From assembly GCA_037442745.1 (NCBI GenBank), contig JBBIPP010000006.1:734-64733 (forward strand): 64,000 nucleotides of DNA, read 5' to 3'. A model generated the notes under the pieces. It worked only from the letters and a program-made list of their open reading frames with translations, did not search any database and was not told the DNA's origin. This DNA is from an archaeon. Its GTDB lineage: Archaea > SpSt-1190 > DYHY01. Below, piece by piece: positions 36,513-46,808 of this stretch (positions are counted from its first letter, which is position 1; each line of letters starts with the position of its first letter). Made by a program: the position numbers and the translations under genes.

Positions 36513-37844
36513 TCAGTGGGGGCGAGGAGAAGGCGAGGGAGAGCTCCATTCGCCCGACTGCCTATTCGCGCGGTCAGCCCCGTTTTTCATATAATTCTTT
36601 GAGAGGAAATTGGCAATCCCTATCAGGAACTGCCCACGGCCAATTATTGTGTCCTCAATGTGATTGCAATAGACTCTTGAGAGCTCTTCAAGAACTCCCG
36701 GCTCCTTGTATTTCGGGGGCATTCCGGAAGTTATTGCCGGATTTCCCCGGGCCCTAAGCAAATGGTCTTCCCTGAATGCGGATTTCATTTTGGAAAGCCC
36801 TTCTGGGAGAGAATTGAAATCCTCTTTTGAGATGCCGGAAATATCGGTCGCGTATATTCCCACCATTCCGTCTATGTGCGCGTCAGGGGTTGCGACAACT
36901 GCCGGGAGATATCCTCCCTTTCTGGCTCGCTTTTCGTATTCGGCAAGCTCATTGTGCCTTATTATTCCAACGCCCCGCGCAGTCTCGGGAATTGCCCCGT
37001 ATTTTTCCCCGGTCTCCCAAACAAACGTGAGGAAAAGCGCCTCCTCTCCGTTGCCAGCAGTCTCCCTTGCGTCCGCGCCCCAGCCGAATTTCTTTCCGGC
37101 GCCAGTGTATATTGTCCCCGGATGGGGGACAACTGTGACAATGCTCTCCTTTCCCGCAAAATAGTCGAGCAGGGGGTCGAGTTTCGACTTTCTCATGCGG
37201 TCAACATAATCGAAATGCACTGCAAGGACAGCTTCCCTCTCCCCCGGAGTTCCCTTCGCGCCCTCGAACTCCGAGACAAGTGAATCGAATTCCTTGTCCC
37301 TGAAAAATCCAGAATAGTCTGAATAGTCGGAGCCTATTATCACCACATGTATCCCGTTTTGGACTTCGGCTTCAACTCCAGGTATTACTATTGGCTTTCC
37401 GGGAGAGCCTTCATACCCGAGCTTCTTTGCCTCTTCCACAGCATACCACCCGAGGCCTGTTCCGAAAGGCCTTCCGTCAAGGTCTTCTGAAAATGAGAGG
37501 GATTTTCTGGATGCGTGGTCTGAAACAACTATTGCGTCAAGGCCCTCCTTCTCTGCGGCCGAGAGCATTTCCGGAAGAGTTGAGAGCCCGTCGCTCCCGT
37601 GGACATATTCGCCAGTCTGCTTTGTGTGGGTGTGGAGGGCGATTCGAAATCCCCTTCGCTCGTCCGGAAGGGTTTCCCCTAGAACATATTCCTTGAATGC
37701 CTCCCTGTCACTCAGCTCGCTATTGTGGAATTCGGAATATTCCATAAACTCAGGGAGGGAGAAGAACCTGCCGGTCCGCACAATATCCACTGCGGTCGCA
37801 AGGCTTGATAAAAGACCTTTTCTTCTCTTGGAATTTTTTACCAT
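36513..37844 (-). CDS. PHP-domain metallohydrolase
   Basis: HTHT, SDG, VSDH, PGVEAE, PHP, DAH metal motifs. Confidence 0.78.
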   Translation of the reverse strand: MVKNSKRRKGLLSSLATAVDIVRTGRFFSLPEFMEYSEFHNSELSDREAFKEYVLGETLPDERRGFRIALHTHTKQTGEYVHGSDGLSTLPEMLSAAEKEGLDAIVVSDHASRKSLSFSEDLDGRPFGTGLGWYAVEEAKKLGYEGSPGKPIVIPGVEAEVQNGIHVVIIGSDYSDYSGFFRDKEFDSLVSEFEGAKGTPGEREAVLAVHFDYVDRMRKSKLDPLLDYFAGKESIVTVVPHPGTIYTGAGKKFGWGADARETAGNGEEALFLTFVWETGEKYGAIPETARGVGIIRHNELAEYEKRARKGGYLPAVVATPDAHIDGMVGIYATDISGISKEDFNSLPEGLSKMKSAFREDHLLRARGNPAITSGMPPKYKEPGVLEELSRVYCNHIEDTIIGRGQFLIGIANFLSKNYMKNGADRANRQSGEWSSPSPSPRPH

Positions 37845-37952
37845 ATTCCCGAGATGGTTTTTTGGCGGTAAATATCTTCTTGGTTTAGGGAAAAATCAAC
37901 CCCCTGGTTGATATTGGTTGTATTGTTTGGCAACACACGGAGAAACTGGCCT

Positions 37953-38381
37953 CTATTTGTCCAGAGAGGCTATTATTGCTCTTGAGCTGAACTGCCCGAA
38001 CCTGCGCCTGAGCCTTGCGATTTTGACAGGCTTTTTCATTGAAATTTTTGATAGTGTTTTTCGGATTTCCGCGATTTTCGGCTGGTCGGGCCCGAGGAAA
38101 ATAATGTCAGGCTCTATTTTGGCAATCCCTTCGATAATCCCCTTTTTTCCGCCGAGTACCGCCCGCTTAACAATCCGAAGGGATCTGACCTGGGCGAGCC
38201 GAAGGCGTTCCGGAACAACCCCCTCACCGCCCCGGGCACGTTTGGCGTTCCCGTCCCTTGACACAACAACGTTTACATCGCCCAATTCTGCAGCTTTTTT
38301 CAGAAAATGGATATGGCCAGGATGGATGTATTGAAAAGTTCCTCCCACAAGGACGATCTTCCTCCTCTTTCTCACGGGCAT
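37953..38381 (-). CDS. ribL: Cytidylyltransferase family, FAD synthase-like
   Basis: GGTFQYIHPGHIHFL, PDIIFLGPDQ, FSS. Confidence 0.75.
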   Translation of the reverse strand: MPVRKRRKIVLVGGTFQYIHPGHIHFLKKAAELGDVNVVVSRDGNAKRARGGEGVVPERLRLAQVRSLRIVKRAVLGGKKGIIEGIAKIEPDIIFLGPDQPKIAEIRKTLSKISMKKPVKIARLRRRFGQFSSRAIIASLDK

Positions 38382-38430
38382 TGCAGGGAATTCCCCGGTT
38401 TGGCTATTATTAAAAAGAGCGTTTCCGGAT

Positions 38431-40236
38431 ATGTGTAAAATGGCTGAAGGAGGATGGCTTGATTCGCGCCGGAAGATTCGCTCGCCAATAGTCACTTTTC
38501 TCGGCCACGTTGACCACGGAAAAACCTCTCTCCTCGATGCAATAAGGAATTCCTCAGTCCTGACAAGGGAGGTGGGGGGGATAACTCAGATGATTGGGGC
38601 CTCTGAAATTCCAGCCAGCTATATTAACGAGAAATGCGGGGAAATTCTCGCGCTCCTAAAGACCGAGATAACAATTCCGGGAATCCTGGTCCTTGACACT
38701 CCCGGCCACAAGGCTTTCCTCAACCTCAGGAAAAGGGGCGGGGAACTGGCGGATATTGCGGTCCTTGTGGTTGATGTCAAGGAAGGCTTCCAGCCCCAGA
38801 CAGTCGAATCCTTGAAAATATTAAAGCACAACAAGACGCCTTTAATTGTAGCCGCGACAAAAACAGATCTCCTGTTCGGTTGGCAGTCGGAGCCGGGCTC
38901 ATTCATCGGGAACGTGAGAAAGCGCTCAAAGGACGCCATCTTAAAGCTTGACGAAAAGATCTATAATATTGTCGGGGAAATTGGAAAGGAGGGCCTAGAT
39001 TCCGAAAGATATGACAGGGTCTCTGATTTCACGAAAACAATTGCAATAGTTCCTGTTAGCGCAAAGACCGGGGAAGGGATACCCGACCTCCTTGCTCTCG
39101 TTGCCGGCCTCTCCCAGAAATTCCTCTCAAAAAGCCTTGAAATAAACCCTTCCCTTCCGGCAAAGGGAACCGTTCTTGAGGTAAAGCAGGACAAGGGAAT
39201 GTGTACGGGCCTTGACGCAGTTATTTACGACGGCAACCTGAATGTCGGGGACACTGTATTGGTCGGCGGAATGGAAGGGGTTGTGGAAATAAAGGTCAGG
39301 GCGCTCCTGAAGCCAAAGCCCCTAGATGAGATAAGGGACCCGAAAGAGAGTTTTGAGAATGTGAAAAAAATCGTTGCCGCCTCCGCAGTGAAAATCGTTG
39401 CCTCGGGTTGCGACAATGTTATGGCAGGAAGCCTAATTTTGGGCGGGGAAGGGGCAAAGGACGAAATACAAAAGCAATTGGAGCAGATCAACATCAAGAC
39501 TGAAAAGCTCGGAGTTGTAATAAAGGCTGATTCAATAGGCTCCCTTGAGGCAATGGGCGCACTTCTCTCAGAAAGCAAAATTAAGGTCAAGAGCTACGGG
39601 ATTGGGAACATTTCCCGTAAGGACGTTGTCGAGGCTGAGGAGCTCGGGAAAACTGACGAATTCTCTGGAGTAATTCTCGGATTCCTCGTTACTGCCAATC
39701 CGGAAGCAGAGGAGCTCGCAAAGGAGAGAAAAGTCCCGATAATATTGAGCGATGTTGTCTACAAGATTGCCGAAGGCTACCGGGAGTTCGTCAGGGAGAA
39801 GACTGAGGAGAAAAAGAAAAAGGAGCTTGGAGGAATTCCAAGGGGGGCCCGGTTCTCCGTTCTTCCCGGATACATTTTCCGCCAGTCAAAGCCTGCGGTC
39901 GTGGGGGTCGAGATACAGGCAGGCATATTGAAGAAGGGTTTCAAATTGACAAAGGAGGACGGCTCGAACCTTGGAATCCTCTCGGACATCCAGGTTGACG
40001 GGAAATCCGTCGAATCTGCGGAAAAGGGGAAGAGGTGCGCAGTCTCAATTGAGGGCGCGGTAATAGGAAGAAGCCTCTTTGAGCAAGACGTCTGCTTTGC
40101 GACAATCCCTGAGGAAGTCTTCAAAAAGCTCCTTGAGAACAAAAAGATGCTTTCAGCGGACGAATTGGAAGCCCTTGAAGGGTTTGCCTCAATTATGCGG
40201 AAATCAACCCCTTCCTGGGGAATGAAATGGGGTTGA
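38431..40236 (+). CDS. infB: Translation initiation factor aIF5B (IF-2)
   Basis: IRSPIVTFLGHVDHGKTSLLD, GITQ, DTPGH, KADSIGSLEA. Confidence 0.97.
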   Translation: MCKMAEGGWLDSRRKIRSPIVTFLGHVDHGKTSLLDAIRNSSVLTREVGGITQMIGASEIPASYINEKCGEILALLKTEITIPGILVLDTPGHKAFLNLRKRGGELADIAVLVVDVKEGFQPQTVESLKILKHNKTPLIVAATKTDLLFGWQSEPGSFIGNVRKRSKDAILKLDEKIYNIVGEIGKEGLDSERYDRVSDFTKTIAIVPVSAKTGEGIPDLLALVAGLSQKFLSKSLEINPSLPAKGTVLEVKQDKGMCTGLDAVIYDGNLNVGDTVLVGGMEGVVEIKVRALLKPKPLDEIRDPKESFENVKKIVAASAVKIVASGCDNVMAGSLILGGEGAKDEIQKQLEQINIKTEKLGVVIKADSIGSLEAMGALLSESKIKVKSYGIGNISRKDVVEAEELGKTDEFSGVILGFLVTANPEAEELAKERKVPIILSDVVYKIAEGYREFVREKTEEKKKKELGGIPRGARFSVLPGYIFRQSKPAVVGVEIQAGILKKGFKLTKEDGSNLGILSDIQVDGKSVESAEKGKRCAVSIEGAVIGRSLFEQDVCFATIPEEVFKKLLENKKMLSADELEALEGFASIMRKSTPSWGMKWG

Positions 40237-40358
40237 GCGGAAAGTCCTTAGCGGAGAGCTTTGTTTCTGAGGGCTGAGCGAATCGGAACGGCCGAACTAA
40301 CTTAATAACCATTTGATAGTGGCAAACATTTATAAATAGTTCTTGACTTGTTTCCCAA

Positions 40359-41135
40359 ATGTCCCAAAACAACTCAATCAGTACTGGGCTTGAGAGGGAA
40401 TTCGAAATCCTGGAAAATATTGAAAAAGTACTTGTTGCCAGAGGCATCTATTGTTATCGCGCATCCCGGGCACTTTCCGAGAGTTTCCGCATTATTCCGA
40501 CGGAAACCTCCCCTATTTTTGTTGGAAAGGAAACTGCAGTCAAGCAGGCTGGAAAACCCTTCTATAATGAACGCGAGCTAAATAGCAAAACCGAGCTCAT
40601 TTACCTCCTTCTCTCTGACGAGCCCAAATCCGCATATTTTGACCTTACTGCAAAGAAAGGGGCTTTTCTCTCGGACGAAGAAGAGCTCCTTCTCTCATTC
40701 GCAGACAGCGAAACTTTCAGGAAGTATGTTAACACGCCAGACCTGAGAGTTGCCGCATTCAATTCGGCTCTTGTAAGCAAGGGGCTTTTGGAAAGAATGC
40801 CCGAGGTCGTGAAGAAGAGAGCGTATGAAAAGCTTGCCCAGTTGCCGGAGGGCTTTTCTTTTGAGAAGTCCAACCGAGGATACCGAGTTGTTCTTCCGAA
40901 AACCGATTCTGAAAAAAAAGGGGGGGAATCGCGGGGCAAATTCTGGAAATATTTCAAGGAGAATTACCTTTCGGAAATTGCTTCAGACCTTGAAATAATG
41001 TCGCTCGCAAACGTCGGGGAGGCAAAGGCAAGGAAATATCTGGAAGAAAAGGCAAAGGAAGTTTCATGGAGCTTCCAGCAAGCCCATCCAATCTACCTGA
41101 AGAGGGGAGAAGGCTGCCACATAACGCGCAAGTAA
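40359..41135 (+). CDS. Hypothetical protein
   Basis: 258-aa ORF with TTTATAAATA about 25 nt upstream. Confidence 0.7.
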   Translation: MSQNNSISTGLEREFEILENIEKVLVARGIYCYRASRALSESFRIIPTETSPIFVGKETAVKQAGKPFYNERELNSKTELIYLLLSDEPKSAYFDLTAKKGAFLSDEEELLLSFADSETFRKYVNTPDLRVAAFNSALVSKGLLERMPEVVKKRAYEKLAQLPEGFSFEKSNRGYRVVLPKTDSEKKGGESRGKFWKYFKENYLSEIASDLEIMSLANVGEAKARKYLEEKAKEVSWSFQQAHPIYLKRGEGCHITRK

Positions 41136-41211
41136 GCTTTGCCAGCGTCGCAAAAAAGAGCAGCAATTAAAAACCCAAGTATATATTTTGTACCAATGAA
41201 TTCTGGAAATT

Positions 41212-41700
41212 GCTGAAATATCGGGAAAATTGGCAAACGCGTGCTTGAAACAAATGAAGGCGGAATTCGATTCTGCGTACATCCATCTTGGGATGTCCGG
41301 ATTTTTTGAGGAGAGGAGCCTCTCATAAATGGCTAAATTGATGCTCGCGCAGTTCAAGGAGGAGACCGAGCATAGCCTCAAGTTCTTCGGACATTCCTAT
41401 GAGCGTGGATGGAAAATTGAGCTTTTGGAGGTGTCGGCGACTAAAAGGGCTTCCTAGAAAAGGCCTATCTAGGTCTTCGAGTCTGCATATGCCAATGAAA
41501 AGGCGGTGACTTGGATTATATACTATTATTACTCTCGCAAGAAAGGAAGGCGATTGAGCTTTTGAAAGCCTCCTAACTTGGTTCGTAAAGGAGCAGATTG
41601 AGGAGGAGGCGCAGGTGGCGGAAATTGCCGCATGCCTGAAGCTCGGATGGAGGACGCCCTTCTGATTGTCAATAAAGAGCTCGGGAAAAGGCCGCTGAGT
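41212..41700 (+). pseudogene. ftn: Ferritin pseudogene
   Basis: Manual translation: KQMKAEFDSAYIHLGMS..QFKEETEHSLKFF..ERG..FESAYANEKAVT..WFVKEQIEEEAQV..ELGKR, with stops at 41326, 41455, 41470, 41555 and frameshifts. Confidence 0.85.
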
Positions 41701-41755
41701 GAAGGGAAAAAACTCCGTCGGAAAGGATTAAAAACCCCTCTTTCAGTCCGGTTTC

Positions 41756-42157
41756 ATGGTTGACATAAGGCTCGTAGTTGGCGATCCATCCACCAAGAAA
41801 ACAAAGCAAAAAGTCCTGACTCCGGCGGAAGCGCAAAAGCTATCCGGACTTAAAGTCGGCTCCGCCCTAAAAGGCGACTGGGTCGGCCTACCTGGATATG
41901 AGCTGATAATTACGGGCGGTTCCGACAGGGACGGCTTTCCAATGAGGAAAGGGGTTCAGGGGGTTGGAAAACACAAGCCAATTCTCTCCGGAGGCGTCGG
42001 CTTCCACCCGAAAAAGGATGGAGAGAGGCGGAAAATCACTGTTCACTCTGAAAACATTGACGCAATAATTGCGCAAGTCAATGTGAAGGTTGTCAAATCT
42101 GGGGAAAAATCCCTAGAAGAGCTAATACAATCCGGGTCAAAAGATGAAGGCAAGTAA
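41756..42157 (+). CDS. rps6e: Ribosomal protein S6e
   Basis: ITGGSDRDGFPM, GERRK. Confidence 0.96.
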   Translation: MVDIRLVVGDPSTKKTKQKVLTPAEAQKLSGLKVGSALKGDWVGLPGYELIITGGSDRDGFPMRKGVQGVGKHKPILSGGVGFHPKKDGERRKITVHSENIDAIIAQVNVKVVKSGEKSLEELIQSGSKDEGK

Positions 42158-43466
42158 GCCCAATACAGCATCCGGAACTTCCGCCAAAAAATCTGCGGCG
42201 GGGAGCAGGCCAAATAAAGACAAGCCTGAGCTTTCTGAAGAGAGCCAAATTCCTGTAATAAACATCGGGACTAGCGGGCAGATTGACCACGGAAAAACAA
42301 CTGTAACAAAAGCAATTACAGGCAAATGGGCTGACATCCATTCTGAAGAACTGAAGAGGGGGATGACAATTAGGCTCGGATATGCCGACGTCTCCTTCAG
42401 GAAATGCCAGAAATGCGACAAGCCCGACTGCTATACTGTCGAAGCCGACTGCCCGAAATGTGGGGAGAAGACATCCCTTTTGAGAGTCGCATCCTTCGTC
42501 GATGCTCCCGGCCACGAGGCCCTTATGAGCACAATGCTTGCGGGCGCGGCAATAATGGACGGCGCGCTATTGATAATCTCCGCAAAGGATCCTTGCCCCC
42601 AGCCCCAGACAAAGGAGCACGTCTCTGCCCTGAAAATAATGGGGGTGAAAAACATTCTGGTAATCCAGAACAAAATAGACCTCGTTGACGAAAAACGGGC
42701 CGGGGAAAGCGTGAAGGAAATAACGAAATTCCTCTCAGAATACGGCTTTGAGAAAGCCCCTATTGTCCCAATATCAGCCCTTCACGGGGCGAACATTGAC
42801 ATTGTCCTTGAGGCAATTGACCGCTTCCTCCCGACGCCCGTACACGACTCTGAAAAGAAGCCGAAATTCCTTGTTGCAAGGAGCTTTGACATTAACAAGC
42901 CCGGGACTGACTACAAAAAACTGAAAGGAGGGGTTCTCGGTGGCGCGCTCGTCTGCGGAAGCCTCTCTGTCGGGGACGAGATAGAAATCCTTCCTGGCTT
43001 CCGCTTTGAAGATGGTGGAAATACGAAATGGATTCCCCTGAAAACGAAAATAACGAGCCTCTCTGTCGGAAAGGCAATGGTTGATTCTGCGAAACCGGGA
43101 GGAAGCCTCGGGATTGGGACAACTCTCGACCCTTCGCTAACGAAATCAGACTCCCTTGCAGGAATGGTTGTCGGGCTTGTCGGGAATCTCCCGCCAATAA
43201 AGAATTCGCTGAAAATGGACGTATCCCTACTCTCTCACGTTGTCGGAACAGAGTCCGAAATAGCAGTCGAGCCCCTGAAAATAAACGAGCCACTTCTCCT
43301 GAACATAAATTCGGGGATGACTAGCGGGATTGTCTCCGAGGTCAAAGGAAAAAGGGCGTCAGTTGCGCTAAAAGTCCCTGTCTGCGCGGATGTCGGTGAC
43401 AGGGTCGCGATATCAAGAAGGGTCGGCCAGAGATGGAGACTGATTGGCCACGGGATTCTTATCTGA
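42144..43466 (+). CDS. eif2g: Translation initiation factor aIF2 gamma
   Basis: NIGTSGQIDHGKT, EELKRGMTIRLGY, DAPGHE, PQPQTKEH, WRLIG. Confidence 0.97.
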   Translation: MKASKPNTASGTSAKKSAAGSRPNKDKPELSEESQIPVINIGTSGQIDHGKTTVTKAITGKWADIHSEELKRGMTIRLGYADVSFRKCQKCDKPDCYTVEADCPKCGEKTSLLRVASFVDAPGHEALMSTMLAGAAIMDGALLIISAKDPCPQPQTKEHVSALKIMGVKNILVIQNKIDLVDEKRAGESVKEITKFLSEYGFEKAPIVPISALHGANIDIVLEAIDRFLPTPVHDSEKKPKFLVARSFDINKPGTDYKKLKGGVLGGALVCGSLSVGDEIEILPGFRFEDGGNTKWIPLKTKITSLSVGKAMVDSAKPGGSLGIGTTLDPSLTKSDSLAGMVVGLVGNLPPIKNSLKMDVSLLSHVVGTESEIAVEPLKINEPLLLNINSGMTSGIVSEVKGKRASVALKVPVCADVGDRVAISRRVGQRWRLIGHGILI

Positions 43467-43508
43467 GCCGGAAAATTTTTAAGATAATCTTTGCAAAGGG
43501 AATACGAA

Positions 43509-43980
43509 ATGACGAGCAGGCTTATTCTGGCTTTTGACGCAGCATAGGACAAAGAAACAAGTATTTCTCCGGCTATCGCAAAGCTGGGAAAATTTGAAAC
43601 GGATTGCTATAAATCTCGCGACTGAGTCTTGGTCTATTCACAAGAGCAAAAGTTTTGCCAAGTGGAAAAGGGGGGTGTCGGAGTTTTCAGCTACCCTGTC
43701 TGGAAAGGGAAGAAAGTGGGCGTGCGCCAGTTGGCAGTCTAGGTTCTGCGGAAATGTCTCCAATTTGCTCAACAGTTCTGGTAGCTGAGGGCGTCCCTCC
43801 GTTCGGCGGCGGAATACGGAATTGACAGCCTCCCTGAAATTTCCCTATTAAACTGTTCTTCCCGGAAGGGACGCGCCACCGGTAAAAGTGGCAATTCCTT
43901 AGAAAACGAAAGATTCGGGAGCGTTGCCACAATTGGGCTTCTACTTGCTCTTGAGGATCTTTCCGAGGGCAGGGGGAATT
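43509..43980 (+). pseudogene. Decayed coding remnant; start resembles OMP decarboxylase (PyrF) N-terminus
   Basis: TATA-like element ~43477, then MTSRLILAFDAA*DKE...; many stops afterwards. Confidence 0.3.
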
Positions 43981-44080
43981 AACGTCAGATATTATACAAG
44001 TTCCGACTGAGTCTATTTTTGCTCCCTATTAGTGACCTGCCACTCATACCTTTTTAAATGGAAACCGGAAAATCCGGCCA

Positions 44081-44680
44081 ATGGATAAACCCCCATTAAG
44101 AGTCCTTGTATTTGCAAGGGAATTCAACCGGGGGGAGGCAGTCTCTGATTTCTGCTATTTTCTTTCGGGAAAAATGCTGGAGATGGGAATTGCAACGGAT
44201 CTCGTTTGCTATTCCCCGGAATATTCCGAAGCCTTGTTTCCGGAGAATGGGCTTTCAGTCTTCAAGGTTCCTTTTGCCCTGAACGCCGACACTTTCTTCA
44301 ACTGGGCCCTTTTGATGAACGCGGAGCTGAAAAGAAAGGGCAGAGAACTCGCCGAGAAGCGGGAATATTTAATGGTAATCGGGAACGACTGGACCGGCTA
44401 TCCAGCAGCATCCTCGATTGCGGCCCTCTTCAACATTCCCCTTGTAACAGTCTTCAGCTCAACTGAACATAACCGGGGTTTCTCCTATGAGAACTCAAGG
44501 CCAATCTCCGACATTGAATGGGATGCCTCTTACTCGTCAAGAAGGGTTGTCGCTCTGAATAACGACTGCAGGAATTCGCTTGTCTATGACCTGAAAGTTC
44601 CTCAGGAGAAAATACTGACTGTCAATGGCCTCTTTGAATATGTCCGGTTGTTAGAGGAGGTGTTAGTCGAAAAGAAATGA
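44081..44680 (+). CDS. Glycosyltransferase GT4 N-terminal-domain-only protein
   Basis: GNDW, FSSTEHNRG, IEW parallel the HDW, HSTEHGR, LEW motifs of the downstream GT4. Confidence 0.75.
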   Translation: MDKPPLRVLVFAREFNRGEAVSDFCYFLSGKMLEMGIATDLVCYSPEYSEALFPENGLSVFKVPFALNADTFFNWALLMNAELKRKGRELAEKREYLMVIGNDWTGYPAASSIAALFNIPLVTVFSSTEHNRGFSYENSRPISDIEWDASYSSRRVVALNNDCRNSLVYDLKVPQEKILTVNGLFEYVRLLEEVLVEKK

Positions 44681-45837
44681 AAATCCTCATGCTCTCATGG
44701 GAGTTTCCTCCATACAAAGTCGGGGGAATTGCGAGCCATGTCAGCGACCTCTCGAATTCTCTTGCGAAAATGGGCCACTCCGTTCACATACTAACATATG
44801 GGGAGAAATACGCGACAGAGCAAACCGCGAACAACGGAATAATTGTCCGCAGAATTCCCGGGACCTGGGCGCCAAACACCCTCGCATGGAGCAATTTCCT
44901 CTGCCACAAAATTGAGAAAGAGGCAATAAGGCTACATAAAGAGGTCCATTTTGACGTCCTCCATGCGCACGACTGGATGATGGTTCCGGCGGGAGTTGGC
45001 CTGAAAAAGACCCTCAAGCTCCCTTTCGTTTTCACCATTCACTCGACTGAGCATGGCCGGAGCGGAAAGCCTTCGAACCCATACACCCGGCTGATAAACG
45101 ACCTCGAATGGTATGGAACATATGAAGCTGATGAGATAATAACTGTTGGAAAGGATTTCTGCGACGAGGTAAAGGGCCTCTTCAACCCGCCTGAAAAAAA
45201 GATCCACTATGTCCCTAACGGGGTAGATTTGAAGAGGTTCGAGGACGTCAAATTCTTCCTAGACCGCTCAAGTTTCGCGTCTGACTGGGAGAAAATAATA
45301 CTTTTCGTCGGAAGGCTCTCCCACCAAAAGGGGCTAGAATATCTTGTCTGGGCTGCTCCGAAAATATTAAAGGCAAACCCGGGAGCAAAGTTTGTTGTCT
45401 CCGGAGCAGGGGACGTCAACAAATATTCCTCGCTGGCCAATCAGCTTGGAGTTGGGCACAAGTTCTATTTCACCGGATACACTCCCGACCACCTGATACC
45501 CTCCCTTTATTCCCTAGCGGACGCGTTCGCAGTCCCGAGCGTCTACGAGCCTTTTGGAATTGTCGCGCTTGAGGCCTCGGCTGCAAGAAAGCCTGTTGTC
45601 GGCTCCTATGTCGGGGGGCTAAAGGACACTATTGTCCACGAATATACCGGCCTTCACACTTTCCCCGGGCACGTTGACTCTATTGCGAGCCAGGTTGACC
45701 GCATCCTCTCGGATTCCTCCTGGGCGGAATGGATGGGGCGAAACGGGCATTCCTGGGTTGAGACGAATTTCACCTGGGAGCGGATTTCCCGGTGGACTAC
45801 TGGGATTTACGGGAAAGCCCTAGGTCTTTGGGAATGA
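44677..45837 (+). CDS. Glycosyltransferase family 4 (glycogen synthase-like)
   Basis: MLSWEFPP..GG, HAHDW, VGRL..QKG, PSVYEPFGIVALE. Confidence 0.92.
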   Translation: MKILMLSWEFPPYKVGGIASHVSDLSNSLAKMGHSVHILTYGEKYATEQTANNGIIVRRIPGTWAPNTLAWSNFLCHKIEKEAIRLHKEVHFDVLHAHDWMMVPAGVGLKKTLKLPFVFTIHSTEHGRSGKPSNPYTRLINDLEWYGTYEADEIITVGKDFCDEVKGLFNPPEKKIHYVPNGVDLKRFEDVKFFLDRSSFASDWEKIILFVGRLSHQKGLEYLVWAAPKILKANPGAKFVVSGAGDVNKYSSLANQLGVGHKFYFTGYTPDHLIPSLYSLADAFAVPSVYEPFGIVALEASAARKPVVGSYVGGLKDTIVHEYTGLHTFPGHVDSIASQVDRILSDSSWAEWMGRNGHSWVETNFTWERISRWTTGIYGKALGLWE

Positions 45838-45892
45838 TTTTTCCAAAAAATCAACCAATTTAAAGGCGGATTTTGGCAATGAAAAATAGTAG

Positions 45893-46789
45893 ATGAAACT
45901 CCCGAAAAAATTCCCCCTAATTCTCCTCGCAAGCCCCCTGATATTCTCTCTTGAACTAGTCTTCCTCAAATGGGCTTTCACAAAGGGAGGCCTTGACCCG
46001 ATAAGCTTCACTGCCAACCGCTCTGTTTTCGGGGCAATTTTCCTCGCTTTCTTCGGGCTCGTTCCCCTGGCAAGGGAATTGAAAACTGACTGGAAGGCGC
46101 TTGTCAAATGGGTCCTCGTCCTTACAGCAATCCGGGCGACCGGAGACTTTCTCTATTTCATCTGCCAGAACCTCTCGACTCCGGGAGCGTTTTCCCTTCT
46201 TCTCCAGCTGTCCGCTTTCTCTACAGGTTTTTTTGCCTTCTTAATGTTGAAGGAGCGCTTGCCTCCGAGGGAAATTGCCGGGGGCCTGATAATGGTGTTC
46301 GGCGCCCTTTTCGTAATACTCTCGAAAGGGAACGGAGCGGTCTCGGTCGGCTTTGGCGAGGCTCTGACTCTTGCGTTTGTTGTCCTGATTGGAATAGGGA
46401 ACGCGTTCTCGAAGAAGGCAATTGATTCCGGGATTGACCGGAACGCAATTCTTTTCGGGGCAACTCTTTTCTCAATACCGGTGTTCTATCTTCTCTCGCC
46501 CATTCTTTTCGGGAAAAATCCCCTTGCGACTTTTGCAACAGACCTGCCCTATGCTCTCGGAGGGGCCCTCTTTTTCGCCGCAAACACCCTTGTGATTTTC
46601 TATTGTTTCGAGCATTTCGGGCCCTCTAGAACCCAGATAGCCTCGATTTCCAACGTAATATTCTCGGCAATTTTCGCGTTTCTTCTCCTGGGAATTTCTC
46701 CGTCCCTTACTGATTTCGCCGGGGGAGCGATAATAATTGCGGGAGTGGCGGTTTTTCTCGGCGCAGGGAAGAAAAACGTTAAATCCTGA
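45893..46789 (+). CDS. DMT/EamA family transporter
   Basis: About 10 TM helices, two-repeat structure, LKER motif. Confidence 0.85.
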   Translation: MKLPKKFPLILLASPLIFSLELVFLKWAFTKGGLDPISFTANRSVFGAIFLAFFGLVPLARELKTDWKALVKWVLVLTAIRATGDFLYFICQNLSTPGAFSLLLQLSAFSTGFFAFLMLKERLPPREIAGGLIMVFGALFVILSKGNGAVSVGFGEALTLAFVVLIGIGNAFSKKAIDSGIDRNAILFGATLFSIPVFYLLSPILFGKNPLATFATDLPYALGGALFFAANTLVIFYCFEHFGPSRTQIASISNVIFSAIFAFLLLGISPSLTDFAGGAIIIAGVAVFLGAGKKNVKS

Positions 46790-46808
46790 CAATAGGTATT
46801 TTTGTCTA

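Noticed and set aside
40236-40260. GGAAAGTCC resembling the RNase P RNA P4 5' strand
   Set aside because: Only ~120 bp of intergenic space and no matching downstream conserved regions
41212-41700. Stop-codon recoding to explain interrupted genes
   Set aside because: TAA, TAG and TGA all occur along with frameshifts, and all three serve as normal stops in core genes
43855-43880. CCCGGAAGGGA resembling SRP RNA helix 8
   Set aside because: The flanking CAGG/AGCA internal loop and the long SRP helices are absent
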